A stretch of DNA of 64,000 bases from Octopus vulgaris (GCA_951406725.2 OX597815.1:207080001-207144000), one strand, 5' to 3'; positions 1 through 11,179 are shown, counted from the first letter of the stretch. Numbers and translations: made by a program. The notes: a model not told the origin generated them from the sequence alone.

Positions 1-708
1 CAATATATGCATGCAATATACATACGCAATACATACATATAATATATATATATATAGACAATGCATATACATATATACACATATACATATAAATAGTGTT
101 TACATACACATACATAGATGTACCACATATACACACAACACACATACATACAATGCATACACATACACGTACGCATACATATAATATATATATACACACA
201 CACACACATAACATACATACACACACAATGCATACATATATATACACGCAATGCATATACATGTATTCATGCACATATAGCACACCTACAATATACATAT
301 ATACAGTGCACACATACACACAAATATATACACTTAATTGTACACGTACATATACAATACACATACATACAATATACATATACACAATGCGCATGCAAAT
401 AATGTACATGTTTATACACACATAAACATGCAAATAAATATACACACACACACATACACACACACACATATATATACACATATATATATATATATATACA
501 CACATACATACATACATACATACATACATGCACATACATATATTTTTTCACACACATACACACACATATATATATATAAAAAATTCACCACCCCCCACAC
601 ACAAATTACAAACCTATAGCGTACACACTCAAATATATCTCTACATGCCGCACATACACACAAACAAAGTACTAACATATACACACATACCATGCATATA
701 CACACACA

Positions 709-741
<33 letters not shown>

Positions 742-913
742 AAAACAGATACATATGTAAATACATACACACGTACACAATGCTCACACACACACACACA
801 CACACACATACACACACACCCGCACACAGTGCACACACACACACACATATATACACACGTGCACACACACACACACATACAACGCGCGCACACACACATA
901 TACACACACACGC
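1..913. repeat. Degenerate compound (CA)n/(TA)n/(TACA)n microsatellite field
   Basis: Continuous low-complexity dinucleotide/tetranucleotide sequence; source of the H/T/Y/I-rich spurious ORFs. Confidence 0.95.
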
Positions 914-1061
914 ACTGTTCTCTCAGTTCAGCCTTTCTGCTAATACTGACAGGTCAGTAAAAACATACTTAAAATATTCTGAGATGTACAAAAAATCCAT
1001 TTTAATTTTTGCTGTCAAACCGCTGTATATATATACCAAAGATTGTATATATATACATGTA

Positions 1062-1335
1062 ATGTGACAATTTGCGACAACCAATAATTAACGCAACCAA
1101 TTCCCAATAATATATTTGTTTTATCCTTTTCTGCCAAATTTTCCCAAATAATGTGACAATTATGTATAAAAAAACATTTTTGAATTCATAATATCCAATG
1201 TGACAATTATGTAAAAAACTTTTTTTGAATGCATAATATTCAATGTGACAATTATGTAAAAACTTTTTTGAATGCATAATATTCAATGTGACAATTATGT
1301 AAAAAACTTTTTTTGAACCCATATTATTCAATGTT
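1062..1335. repeat. Minisatellite, ~43-47 bp unit (aatgtgacaattatgtaaaaaacttttttgaatgcataatattc)
   Basis: aatgtgacaatt recurs at ~1062, 1150, 1197, 1242 and 1285 with similar following sequence. Confidence 0.85.
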
Positions 1336-1347
1336 TCCTTAAATGTA

Positions 1348-1388
1348 ACTTTTGACAATCTTTTACCAAAGAGTGAAACCGGTTAAGT
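1348..1388 (+). ncRNA. Minimal type I hammerhead-like motif, U3-A8 core variant (degenerate)
   Basis: ACTT-TTGACAA-TCTTT(tacc)AAAGA-gt-GAAA-CCGG-TT-AAGT: helix I ACTT/AAGT, palindromic helix III ACCGGT; helix II register imperfect. Confidence 0.5.
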
Positions 1389-1425
1389 AAATAAACATCG
1401 TTTAAATTGCATTTTCAAACCTTTT

Positions 1426-1472
<47 letters not shown>

Positions 1473-1475
<3 letters not shown>

Positions 1476-1740
1476 TTCCTGTTTTTATTCGTTACTGTTT
1501 CCAATTTTATCTTCGTCTCTTGTTTTCCTATTCGTCTCGGTTGTCACATTCTTTCCTTCTACCAAGCAAATCTAATGCCCATAGCTTAGCTTTTCCTTGG
1601 GGCTGGCCTTTTCGGAGCAAATCTCAGAATTAAACAGCCGAAATTTGCCATGATGAATCGGTTTCTGACTGAAGAATGAAGGCTCTGAATTACTGTCCGT
1701 TTTTCCGTGTTTGTCAATTCGTGAATTTCACGTTCTTTAT
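1473..1740 (+). mobile_element. Interspersed repeat (probable Penelope-like terminal-repeat relic), family shared with 4095-4505 and 53216-53280
   Basis: cttagcttttccttggggctgg...cagccgaaatttgc...ctgaagaatgaaggct matches 4332-4436; flanked by (TA)n. Confidence 0.55.
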
Positions 1741-1753
1741 ATATAAGTTTTAT

Positions 1754-1787
<34 letters not shown>

Positions 1788-1802
1788 GTGTGTGTGTGTG
1801 TG

Positions 1803-1850
<48 letters not shown>

Positions 1851-1870
1851 GATAAACACACACGCGCACA

Positions 1871-1911
<41 letters not shown>

Positions 1912-2123
1912 TATGTATATAAATATATACGTATGTATAACAAATAAAAATTGGTGGTTTATTAGCAATTAGAATCTAAAGGCAAAATTATTGGATGTCA
2001 CAAAAGCGACAGAGGGTACTGACTAGCACCGCTTTTGCTAAAATTAAGAGTAAAACTAACTCAAAGCCACAAAAGCACTGTCTTAAGTGATGGACGAAGG
2101 GAAGTAAGTCTCCAGCGTACATA

Positions 2124-2178
2124 AGCGGATCGCAATCTCGGATTTTAATGTAGACCATCTTAATCCTCATCAGCGGCT
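2124..2178 (-). ncRNA. Type I hammerhead-like motif (unit 1)
   Basis: Reverse complement AGCCG-CTGATGA-GGATT..AATCC-GAGA-TTGCGA-TC-CGCT; one core mismatch (GAGA for GAAA). Confidence 0.7.
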
Positions 2179-2343
2179 CTTAACGCATAGGGATACACTC
2201 ATCTACCTCTGTCAGTCTTTTAAGAAAAACCGTTGAAAACGTGTGTTGATTTCTAAAACGCTAAAATTGTAAACAACATATTAAAAATGGTGGCTTATTG
2301 ACTAGCACCGCTTTTGTTAAAGATAAGAGTTAAACTAACTCAA

Positions 2344-2644
2344 GTGGAGGCACATGGCCTAGTGGCTAGAGTAGCGGATTCGCGGTCGAGGGACCACGGG
2401 TTCGAATCTCAGACCAGGCGATGTGTGTGTTTATGAGCGAAACACCTAAGCACCACGCGGCTCGGGTAGAACGTTATGGCGAACTTCTGCTGACTTTTTC
2501 GCCACAACTTTCTCTCACTCTTTCCTCCTGCATCTTGCAGCTCACTTGCGACGGAGCGGCGTCCCGTCCAGGTGGGGAACCTATACGCCAATGAAACCGG
2601 GAAACCGGCCCTATGCTCCTCAAGGGACAAAAAGGATTAAGAAG
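2344..2644 (+). mobile_element. tRNA-derived SINE family C
   Basis: A box tggcctagtgg, B box gggttcgaatc; 12-bp TSD aaactaactcaa (2332-2343, 2645-2656). Confidence 0.9.
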
Positions 2645-2714
2645 AAACTAACTCAAAGCCACAAACGCACTGTCTTAAGTGACTGACAAAGGGAGACAGG
2701 TCGCCAGCGTATAT

Positions 2715-2769
2715 AGCCGGATCGCAACTTCGTATTTTTGATGTAGCCCATCTTAAACCCCACGTGGCT
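2715..2769 (-). ncRNA. Degenerate hammerhead-like motif (unit 2)
   Basis: Homologous to 2124-2178; keeps GAAG-TTGCGA-TC-CGGCT, but the CUGAUGA core is decayed. Confidence 0.5.
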
Positions 2770-2858
2770 TTTAACACATAGAGTTACACTCAACTGCCTC
2801 TGTAAGTCTCATAAGATAAAACCGAAATTACTTTCTTGCCAACCCGACACAAACACAT

Positions 2859-2926
<68 letters not shown>

Positions 2927-3049
2927 GTTCAAACGGTGTTGTTCAAACGATGAATAGCCTTCGTGTAAAACACTGGTTCGTTTTGTTCTCTTACTTTATT
3001 ATCATCTTATAATCATCTCATAATAATGACTTTTATGACTCGTATCACT

Positions 3050-3510
3050 ACCTCAGTCAATCTAAATGTATATATTTGTCACTACCTGTCATAAATAGCC
3101 TTTTTCTATTTGCAATATGCATTTTCGTTGATTTTTCATATTTTACCCTTACATTTCCACGTGTATTTTATATTTTCTTTTCGTAACATATTAGGGTTAG
3201 GGTTAGGGTTGCAGATGAGCAGAAAACTAAATTGCTATCTTAGTAATTGATAGAAATACAGCACGACAACTATTAAACTATTAGCATAAGCTATTGACCT
3301 AATATTCTGCGGGAATTTGTTTCTAAATTTCTGTGATGACTTACGACAATTTGGTTTAAGGTAAACAGAGACGAAGAAATGCTGTGCATATGCATTTGTG
3401 AGATAAACTGTTGTAAGATAAATACATAAGTAACTGTATATATTCATTGAGATCTAAGTAGATATAAATATATGCCAACGACAATCTGATCAGTTATTTA
3501 GATTACTGAA
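3050..3510. mobile_element. Possible old MITE with internal (TTAGGG)3
   Basis: Weak inverted ends cagtcaatctaaat / atttagattactg; TTAGGG x3 at 3191-3210. Confidence 0.3.
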
Positions 3511-3696
3511 ATATGTCAGCCGTTTTGCAAGATTGGTTACCAGACATAGTTAACGCTATACACGCGCATTTTCTATCTTATACACTCAGACTCACATACA
3601 CGTACATACACATACATACATACATACGTGCACATATACACACACTATATTTTATATATGTATATATTCATAACACACGCATATATATATATATAT

Positions 3697-3872
3697 TTTT
3701 CTCTCCTTGTTTCTCTCCGTGTTTCTTTTCTGTGTATCTTTCTGTTGAAGAGCGTAGTCTCGAAACGTAAAAGACTTGTTTTATTTATATTCCTGAGCGC
3801 CATACTAATACAATTGTTTGTTTGTACTCCACCTGCCTTCGTCTTTTGTTTATTTTCATAAAGCTTCCCGTT
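3697..3872 (+). mobile_element. Penelope-like terminal-repeat relic, family H1
   Basis: Hammerhead-like motif followed by cctgagcg..ctaataca..tgttt..cacctg.cttcgtc, shared with the copies at 17085, 43380, 47125 and 60250. Confidence 0.65.
3737..3774 (+). ncRNA. Minimal hammerhead-like motif, CUGUNGA (A6U) variant
   Basis: TCTTT-CTGTTGA-A-GAG(cgtagt)CTC-GAAA-CG-TA-AAAGA; palindromic ACGT helix III. Confidence 0.65.
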
Positions 3873-4094
3873 ATATATATATACACACACACATAATCTA
3901 TCTATCCTTTCCTTCTTTCTTTCTATAAGTGGATCTGACGGAATAAAAATTAATTGATTTTAGGTCATTCAATTTTCCCCAACTGATCAATAGACTAATT
4001 GAGTAAACCTATTAGTAACGTACTAATAATGACTATTGGAAACAGCTCTGAGGCAAACTTGCTCTAATAAAGAGTTAATATGTAATGGCCATTA

Positions 4095-4505
4095 TATATA
4101 TATATATATATAGGCCTTTTGGCCTCCGACCACTGCCGTGAGAACATCGTTGTCTTCGTCTGCCGATAAAGGCATTTTGTTGTACTGTTTATTAGTCGTA
4201 AGACACCCGCTGTTTTTGTCCTGTTTTTACCATTATTGTTTTTTGTATTTTGTATTCGTGTGGCATCGTCCGTTTTTCTGTCCCTGTTTCGTATACATTC
4301 GATCCTTCTTCCAAGAAATCTAATGCTCGTAGCTTAGTTTTTCCTTGGGACTGGCCGGATCGGAGCGATCTCAAGATTAATCAGCCGAAATTGCTAGGAT
4401 GATCCGGTTCTTGACTGAAGATTGAAGGCTTCGAATGTCCCGTCAGTGTTTTTGTATCGTCTTCTAAATGTTTTACGTTCTTGTCTCAGTTTGTATTTTT
4501 CTACA
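4095..4505 (+). mobile_element. Interspersed repeat, same family as 1473-1740
   Basis: Similar to 1575-1740; 4436-4500 matches the reverse complement of 53216-53280. Confidence 0.6.
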
Positions 4506-4544
4506 TAATATATATATATATATATTATATTAAATTAGAGAAAG

Positions 4545-4868
4545 AACCATATAGGCAAATATATATACATAAAATTAATCAATTTATATTATTTTTTATA
4601 TAAAAGTATTAAAGTTTAATAAAAGATAATGAGTAAAGAACTGTTTCATTCAATTCCTAATAATCATCGAAGCTTCCTGATCAATCTTCAGGTAATATTT
4701 CAATTACCTGAAGATTGACTGTCATAACTGTAGAAATGAAACGATCGTAGTGTTTTACTCATTATCTTTATTAAACTTTTAATACTTTTGATATATATTT
4801 AAAATAATATTAAATTAATTAATTTTATGTGGTTAACTTAAGTTTTCAATTGTTTGACCTAATATGGA
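4545..4868. mobile_element. Imperfect palindrome of two inverted Penelope-like terminal-repeat copies
   Basis: aaaagtattaaagtttaataaaagataatgagtaaa vs ttttactcattatctttattaaacttttaatactttt; apex tcaatcttcaggtaat/attacctgaagattga. Confidence 0.7.
4705..4752 (+). ncRNA. Hammerhead-like motif with palindromic helix III
   Basis: tac-CTGAAGA-...-GAAA-CGATCG-TA-gtg; ACGATCGT palindrome; helix II weak. Confidence 0.55.
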
Positions 4869-4949
4869 TTTATAATTTAATATGATATAATATACTATAA
4901 AATTATCAATCCTAAATCTGATTTTTCCCTGTAAGTTTATTTATTCCTA

Positions 4950-5001
<52 letters not shown>

Positions 5002-5256
5002 GGTCATTTTATTGTCATATTATGGTATTTTTGTGGATTCTTGAAGGATTTTTCATTTGTTATATTTTCTTTACTTGAAGTATTACAATGTTACGTTCTT
5101 TGATTATCTCCCTTGAAAACACGTTCATCGTTTCCACGTAACCTATGGTGTCGTTGCTGTTTCAAAAGTTTATTTTCGTTTCTCTACTAGTAATTTTACT
5201 CGCGTATCTATCTTAAAATGAGTAACTTGGCGGAGGTCTGCGGAGGTCTGCGGAGG

Positions 5257-5735
5257 ATAATATGACAAGCCTTGACTATTGGGATCGACTCAAAAAGCTC
5301 GGGCTTTGCTCCCTCCACCAACGCTGTGACCTCTATATCATCTGTATGATGTGGAAAATATTCCATCAACGTTTCTCATCTTTGAAATTCGTCCGAGGCT
5401 TGGCCCCCGTGCCATCCGTCCACTACAGAAATGTTCGTGTCGTATCACAACACTGACAGAACTATTCCACCTCAATTGGCCCTGCTCTCTTCAACATGGT
5501 GCCAGACACACATAAAGGAGGAAGTGACTACACAGCATTCAAACAATCCCTAGATGATTACCCCCAACAAATACCAGATAAACCGCCCACATCCAGATAT
5601 GTCTCTGAAAACAAAAACCCTCCGCTTGAATGGGCTACGGTTTCCCAGAGCTGACTGTTTATCTCTTCCAATGGTGCTATTAAATTAGACATGGACTGAG
5701 TCAACTTCGGCCGAAACTTATCTAAGTAATCTAAT
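5257..5735 (+). mobile_element. 5'-truncated CR1/L2-group LINE relic (ORF2 C-terminus + 3' UTR)
   Basis: LDYWDRLKKLGLCSLHQRCDLYIICMMWKIFH, then GPALFNMVP and AFKQSLDDY..QIPDKP in shifted frames. Confidence 0.8.
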
Positions 5736-6175
5736 CTATTCTGTAACCTTTTAATCAAAGCATGACAACGTGGGTAGAGGCTGATATCTTAACATTTCTG
5801 ATGGTCTTAAGTATAAAAAAAAATTATTAAAGATTTATATAGAACTACACTCAGAGTATGTCTGTAAGGTATTGTGTTTAGACTTGGTTTCTATCCTCAA
5901 ACTGTTCCGTTTTGTAGATGCAAATTTAAGAAGTATTAAAAATCTGCAACAATCTCGCTCCCATGAGTATCGGATAATGGATTTTCAACTTTGTAAAGAA
6001 ACTGATTGTGGTGACCGTAGTTTTGACGGTGATTGTGGTGAAAGCAGAGACAGTGTTGATGATGACGATGGTCGAGATAAGTATGGCTGTTGTCATTGAT
6101 GTATTATCACTGCTTCAGATGATTCCTGTTTTAAAGGGGTTTTTTTTTCAAAATCATATGATTGTGTTATTTCTT

Positions 6176-6306
6176 TTTACCCCCGCCAAGGAGGTTATGT
6201 CTTTGCCCGCGTTGGTTTAGGAAATTGGGCGATTTTCAGCATGTGTGTATATGGGTGGAAATGAGCTGCTTGGCGGAGGTCTGTGTTCTCCGAGTGCTTT
6301 TCTAGT
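6176..6306 (+). mobile_element. Helentron-associated interspersed element (HINE)
   Basis: ttacccccgccaaggaggttatgt ... cttggcggaggtctgtgttctccgagtgcttttctagtt; subterminal inverted repeat ccgccaag/cttggcgg. Confidence 0.75.
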
Positions 6307-6408
6307 TTACCTTTGGCAATGCACGGTGATCGCTAATAAGCTTTAAGCTTATGAAATATTATTATTAACATGTGTGTGTTTGCGTGCGTGTGAGTATGTG
6401 TATGTGTG

Positions 6409-6540
6409 TACGACGGGTTTATTTTTAGTTTCCGTCTACCAAATCCAGTCATAAGGCCCGAGGCTATAGTAGAAGATTCTTGCCCAAGGCGCTATTCAGT
6501 GGGACTAAACCCGGAGACATGCGATAGAGAAGCAAGCCCA
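6409..6540 (-). mobile_element. SINE family A fragment (degenerate 5' half)
   Basis: ttccgtctaccaaatcc..gaggctatagtagaaga..tgcccaagg matches family A. Confidence 0.75.
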
Positions 6541-6580
6541 TAAATGCAAAACAAGGCGGAAAAAATAGTACTCGAATAAC

Positions 6581-6665
<85 letters not shown>
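6581..6665. repeat. (GATA)n microsatellite
   Basis: Pure GATA array. Confidence 0.97.
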
Positions 6666-6852
6666 CAGGCATATACACACCAACAAATAAATTTATAGAT
6701 AGTAAGGTGGCTAAACTAGTTAGATACGAGGGGCATTCAATTGTAGTAATCAAAGTAACGTTTTTATTCCATCTCGGTTGACAAACTATATCGCAGCGAG
6801 GTAGAAATATTTCTAAATACCTTTATATATATAAATCAAAATGTATGATTTA

Positions 6853-8136
6853 CGAGGGACGTTCAATAAGTAATGCCTCTGACCCACTTGCAGTTGTTTG
6901 ATCTCGCTGAAAGTTTGCATGTGCAATTATTTATACCTCTATAGATTAAGTGGCGAATTACAGCTCTGAACGAATTGTGGTTTCTGATTTACAGGTGTTT
7001 GAACTGAGTCAAGTGTGAAATGGAGCCTGTTGAGTGTCGAGCAGTGATCTGGTTTTTTGTATTTGAAAGGACGCACACCACGGGAGACTTTTGTTGAAAT
7101 GAAAGTAACTTATGGTGATGATACCCCATCATATGACCTTGTAAAACGCTGGCATTGTGAATTCAAACATAGTCGGAACTCTGTGGAAACAGCTCCCAGA
7201 TCTGGTCCCCCCCCCTTCTGCCGTGGATGAAACGTCTGTCTGTCAAGTTGAGGCTGCCATTTTGGAAGGTCAACGCATAACTATTCGCCAAATAGCCCAT
7301 AAGGTCAAGATTAGTACCGGGTCTGTGGAAACTATCATTCATGACCATTTGCATATGCAAAAGGTGTCTGCCAGATGGATTTCCAGGTTGCTCACACCTT
7401 TCCAGAAGCAAGAACGCGTTGAGTGCTCGAGGATGAATTTGGAGATGTGCCAAGAAGATGAGTCAAAATTTTTCAAAAGACTGATCACACAGGATAAAAC
7501 CTGGATAAAACCTGGGTCCATCACTATGATCCAGAGACCAAAGCCAAGTCAATGCAGTGAAAGCACCGTGACTCACCTCCTCCAAAGAAGGCAAGGGTGC
7601 AGCCCTCCGCTGACAAGGTTATGCTCACAGTCTTCTGGGACCAGGACGGAGTAGTGATGACAGATTTCCTGGCAAAGGGTACCACAATTACAGGAGCCTA
7701 TTATGCTTCACTTTTGAGGAAATTAAGAGAACCTATCAAAATCAAGAGGCGGGGCAAGATCAGCAAAGGCATCCTCCTCCTGCAGGACAACGCTCCGGTC
7801 CACAACTCGCGTGTCGCCAGATCAGAAGCACAGGCGTGCAGCTATGAACTCCTCCCCTTGCACCCTCTGATTTTCACCTCTTCCCAGCCATGAAGTTGAT
7901 TTTGAAAGGAAAGCATTTCCCGGATGATGCAGCCTTGATGTCTGAAGTCACGTCGTGGTTGGAGGACCAAGCTGGGGTCTTCTACAAAAACGGTCTCCAG
8001 AGCTGTATCAAACGATGGGAGAAATGCATAACTCTGGGTAGTTCCTATGTAGGAAAAGACTAATAACTGTGCCAAGTGTCGTTGCTCTACTGCTATGGGA
8101 AGTGGGTCAGGGGCATTACTTATTGAACGCCCCTCG
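6853..8136 (+). mobile_element. Full-length mariner DNA transposon (decayed)
   Basis: ~37-bp TIRs (cgagggacgttcaataagtaatgcctctgacccactt, inverse at 8100-8136); TA on both sides; 1284 bp. Confidence 0.95.
7020..8063 (+). pseudogene. Mariner DD34D transposase pseudogene
   Basis: MEPVECRAVI start, KVSARWISRLLT (WVPxxL), TQDKTW, QDNAPVH, LAPSDFHLF with the YSPD part deleted; frameshifts and a stop. Confidence 0.92.
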
Positions 8137-8610
8137 TAGACTGGCAGAGTAGATGGTACACAGGCAGATAAGCATCTTTATATATTGGAATATATGAACA
8201 CAGAAAGAACTCTTCAAGAAGGGTTACATATCTTTTAAACAGTTGCCAGAGTCAGAGGTTATGAATGTTACCTCACCCTCAACAAGAATCTGTTTCCTGG
8301 CATTCATGGCTTAGAGCGTGATGGTCGCCCCCTCTTTAAACCATTCTCTTAAAAAATCTTCCGGTCTTCGGCGATATTTCAAAAACATCTGCCGATGCAT
8401 TCTTTCAATAGTTTTCAGCCAAATAAGTTATACAAATGTCTATAAGTTCAACACTTGTAAGTGTATCATATGATTGAGATTCGTGAGCTAAGAGAATGTG
8501 TGCATTTGAATATATGTGCGCATACGTGAGTGCGTGTGATTATGTATATGGATACGTATGTATTACGTACCTATCTATACATACATCTATGTATATCACA
8601 CATCTATAGA

Positions 8611-8650
<40 letters not shown>

Positions 8651-8988
8651 GGCGTAGGAGTGGATGTATGGTAAGTCGCTTGCTTACCAACCACATGGTT
8701 CCGGGTTCAGTCCCACTGCGTGGCACCTTGCGTAAGTGTTTTCTACTTTAGCCTTGGGCCGACGGAAACTGGAAGAAGCCCGTCTTATATATATATATGT
8801 TTGTGTGTCTCTGTGTGTCCCCCCAACATCATTTGACAACCGATGCTGGTTTGTTTACGCCCCCGTAACTTAGCGGTTCGGCAAAAGAGACCGACAGAAT
8901 AAGTACTAGGCTTACAAAGAATAAGTCCTGGGGTCGATTTATTCGACTAAAAGGTGGTGCTCCAGCATGGCCACACTCAAATGACTGA

Positions 8989-8992
<4 letters not shown>
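8651..8992 (+). mobile_element. tRNA-derived SINE family A
   Basis: ggcgtaggagtgg..tggtaag head, gggttcagtccc B box, internal microsatellite, ccagcatggcc..gactgaaac tail. Confidence 0.9.
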
Positions 8993-9042
<50 letters not shown>

Positions 9043-9756
9043 GGGAGAGAGAGAGGGGGAAGGAAGAGAAAGAGCGAGTGAGAGAGAGCCTCGCAAACAC
9101 GCTTACACACACACACTTCACACGTCTCAGGGTGTCATTTCAAAATTGCGTATATCCGGGTGTATATCTGTGTGTATGTATGATGCTGTGTACAATTCTT
9201 ATAAAGTTAATACTTTCGTATGTGCTTCGTGATTACGCCGTGATTATATCCGTACATGAAGAGAGAGAGAGAGAGAGAGAGAGTGAGAAATAGAGAGAGA
9301 GAAAGAGAGAAAGGTGGGGAGAGGCTAATATATATATAGAGAAAAACAGAAACGCAGAGACACACACACAAACACATACATACATGCATACATACATACA
9401 TACACGGTTACGTAGACACATGCGCAGAAGGCAGAGGGAGAGGGAGACATATCTGCAGAGAAACAGAGATAGAGAAATTTAGATTTACGCCCGCACACGT
9501 ACACATGTACGTACACACGGACGGCGTACGAACGCATACACACGCGGGCACGCAACCACGCACACACATGCGTGTTTGTGAAATTACTTGGTCCAGATTA
9601 TCAATGGAATTATTTACATCAACATGACTGTTTGTTTGGGTAAGTTTCAGTATCCATGGTAACGAATTGTTTATAAAACTTTTTTATTTTGCCATTATTT
9701 ATTTATTTACTTAAGCAATACATACGACCCTGTGTGTGTATGTGTGTGAGTGTTCG

Positions 9757-9813
<57 letters not shown>

Positions 9814-10091
9814 GGGTGGACGGGTGCGTAGGTATTTTGTAAAAAAAATGTATCTTTGTCTGGCTAGGACATATATTGGCCACAAAACACGGATATACCA
9901 CACATATGTGGGTGTATGTACATATGTGTGTGTGTATGTATATATGCGCATATATTTGTATGTGTGTGTGTGTGTGTGCGTGTGTGTGTGCGTGTTACTA
10001 ACACTCCATTGTATTACTTGCGCGAAACCGACTCGTAAGATCAGCCTTGATGGATATATAATACTGTACATTTCGGGGACACAGACACACA

Positions 10092-10125
<34 letters not shown>

Positions 10126-10149
10126 GCACACACACGCACGCACACATAT

Positions 10150-10372
10150 GATGGACGCACCCGTCGAAGACGACGTAGGAGCGTTCAGCTTTTACCGAAT
10201 GACCTGCACAAACGATTTGTTTATAGTGATCAGGTACCACGCGCTGGGTTTCGAAGCCAGCGCAGAGCAGCGTGAGGTAGTGGTTTACTCAAGAGCACAG
10301 CGCACCACCCGGTCTAGGAATTGAAATCACGGTCGCTGGATCGTGGGTGCAACGTCTTAACCACTAAGCCAT
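10150..10372 (-). mobile_element. Old tRNA-derived SINE (related to 56415-56650)
   Basis: Reverse complement begins tggcttagtggttaag..gatttcaattcct; body shares gatca.tataa.caaatc with 56600-56625. Confidence 0.6.
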
Positions 10373-10436
10373 CTTCTCTCTCTCTCTCTCTCTCTCTCTC
10401 ACACTCACACACACACATACACATATGTATATCTCA

Positions 10437-10493
10437 GGTCGACCAAAGCCTTGTGAGTGGATTTGGTAGACGGAAACTAAAAGAAGCCTGTCA

Positions 10494-10558
<65 letters not shown>

Positions 10559-10748
10559 CTGTGTTTGTGTGTTGGTGTGTTTACGTCCCTGTAACTTAGC
10601 TGTTCGGCAAAAAAGACACTGATAGAGTAAGTACTAGGCTTTAAAAAAATAAAGCCTGGGGTCCATTTGTTCGACTAAATCCCCCCAAGGCGCTGCTCCA
10701 GCATGGCCGCAGTGAAATGACGGAAACAAGTGAAAGAATAAAAGAATA
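10437..10748 (+). mobile_element. SINE family A, 5'-truncated
   Basis: gaccaaagccttgtgagtggatttggtagacgg body and tail. Confidence 0.85.
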
Positions 10749-10923
10749 TATATGTACATTCTATGCGTGTCGAGTGTCACTCATTTACCGACCGCTGAGA
10801 GGAGAGTAGCTTATAGCTATTTAAAGTATTCCGAAACTCGGATAAAACGATATCAGTTCTCACTAATTTATATAACACTAATGAGGGTGTTGGCAACTCT
10901 TAATTAATAGAAATACATTAAAC

Positions 10924-11124
10924 CAGTGCTTTTCAAACTTTTTACTGGAGCGGAACCCCAAGAAAACATTTCACTGGCTCGAGGAACCCCTGTGCAATAA
11001 TTTAATTGTCCTATGCACACATATCTGCACAGGAGACTTAAAAATTACTGTCGATTTTAGCATTTTTGTAACTCCTTGCGGAACCTCTGGACTGTACTGG
11101 CGGAACCCTGGTTGAAAACCACTG
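10924..11124. mobile_element. hAT (Charlie-like) MITE
   Basis: TIRs cagtgcttttcaa / ttgaaaaccactg; perfect 8-bp TSD cattaaac. Confidence 0.92.
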
Positions 11125-11179
11125 CATTAAACAGTCGGGTCACACCTCAATTTCTGTTCTTTTCCTTTTCGCCCTTTTC

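Larger units (their letters stand above)
2021..2825 (-). mobile_element. ~279-bp tandem repeat (2 units, second split by a SINE), one hammerhead per unit; retrozyme/tandem pLTR-like
   Basis: gactagcaccgctttt at 2021 and 2300; units collinear; hammerhead motifs on minus strand at 2124-2178 and 2715-2769. Confidence 0.7.

Noticed and set aside
96-1067. Long H/T/Y/I- and C/V/M-rich ORFs (also at ~9700, 14000, 28000, 33200, 50700 and 53000-54500)
   Set aside because: Translations of (CA)n/(TA)n/(TATG)n microsatellites, which lack stop codons; no coding signal.
1062-1335. CRISPR-like periodicity (also the SINE tetramer at 61715-62502)
   Set aside because: No unique spacers, no cas genes, eukaryotic context; simple tandem units.
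2344-2420. tRNA-like heads with A and B boxes (many copies)
   Set aside because: They continue into SINE bodies with tails and TSDs; not stand-alone tRNA genes.
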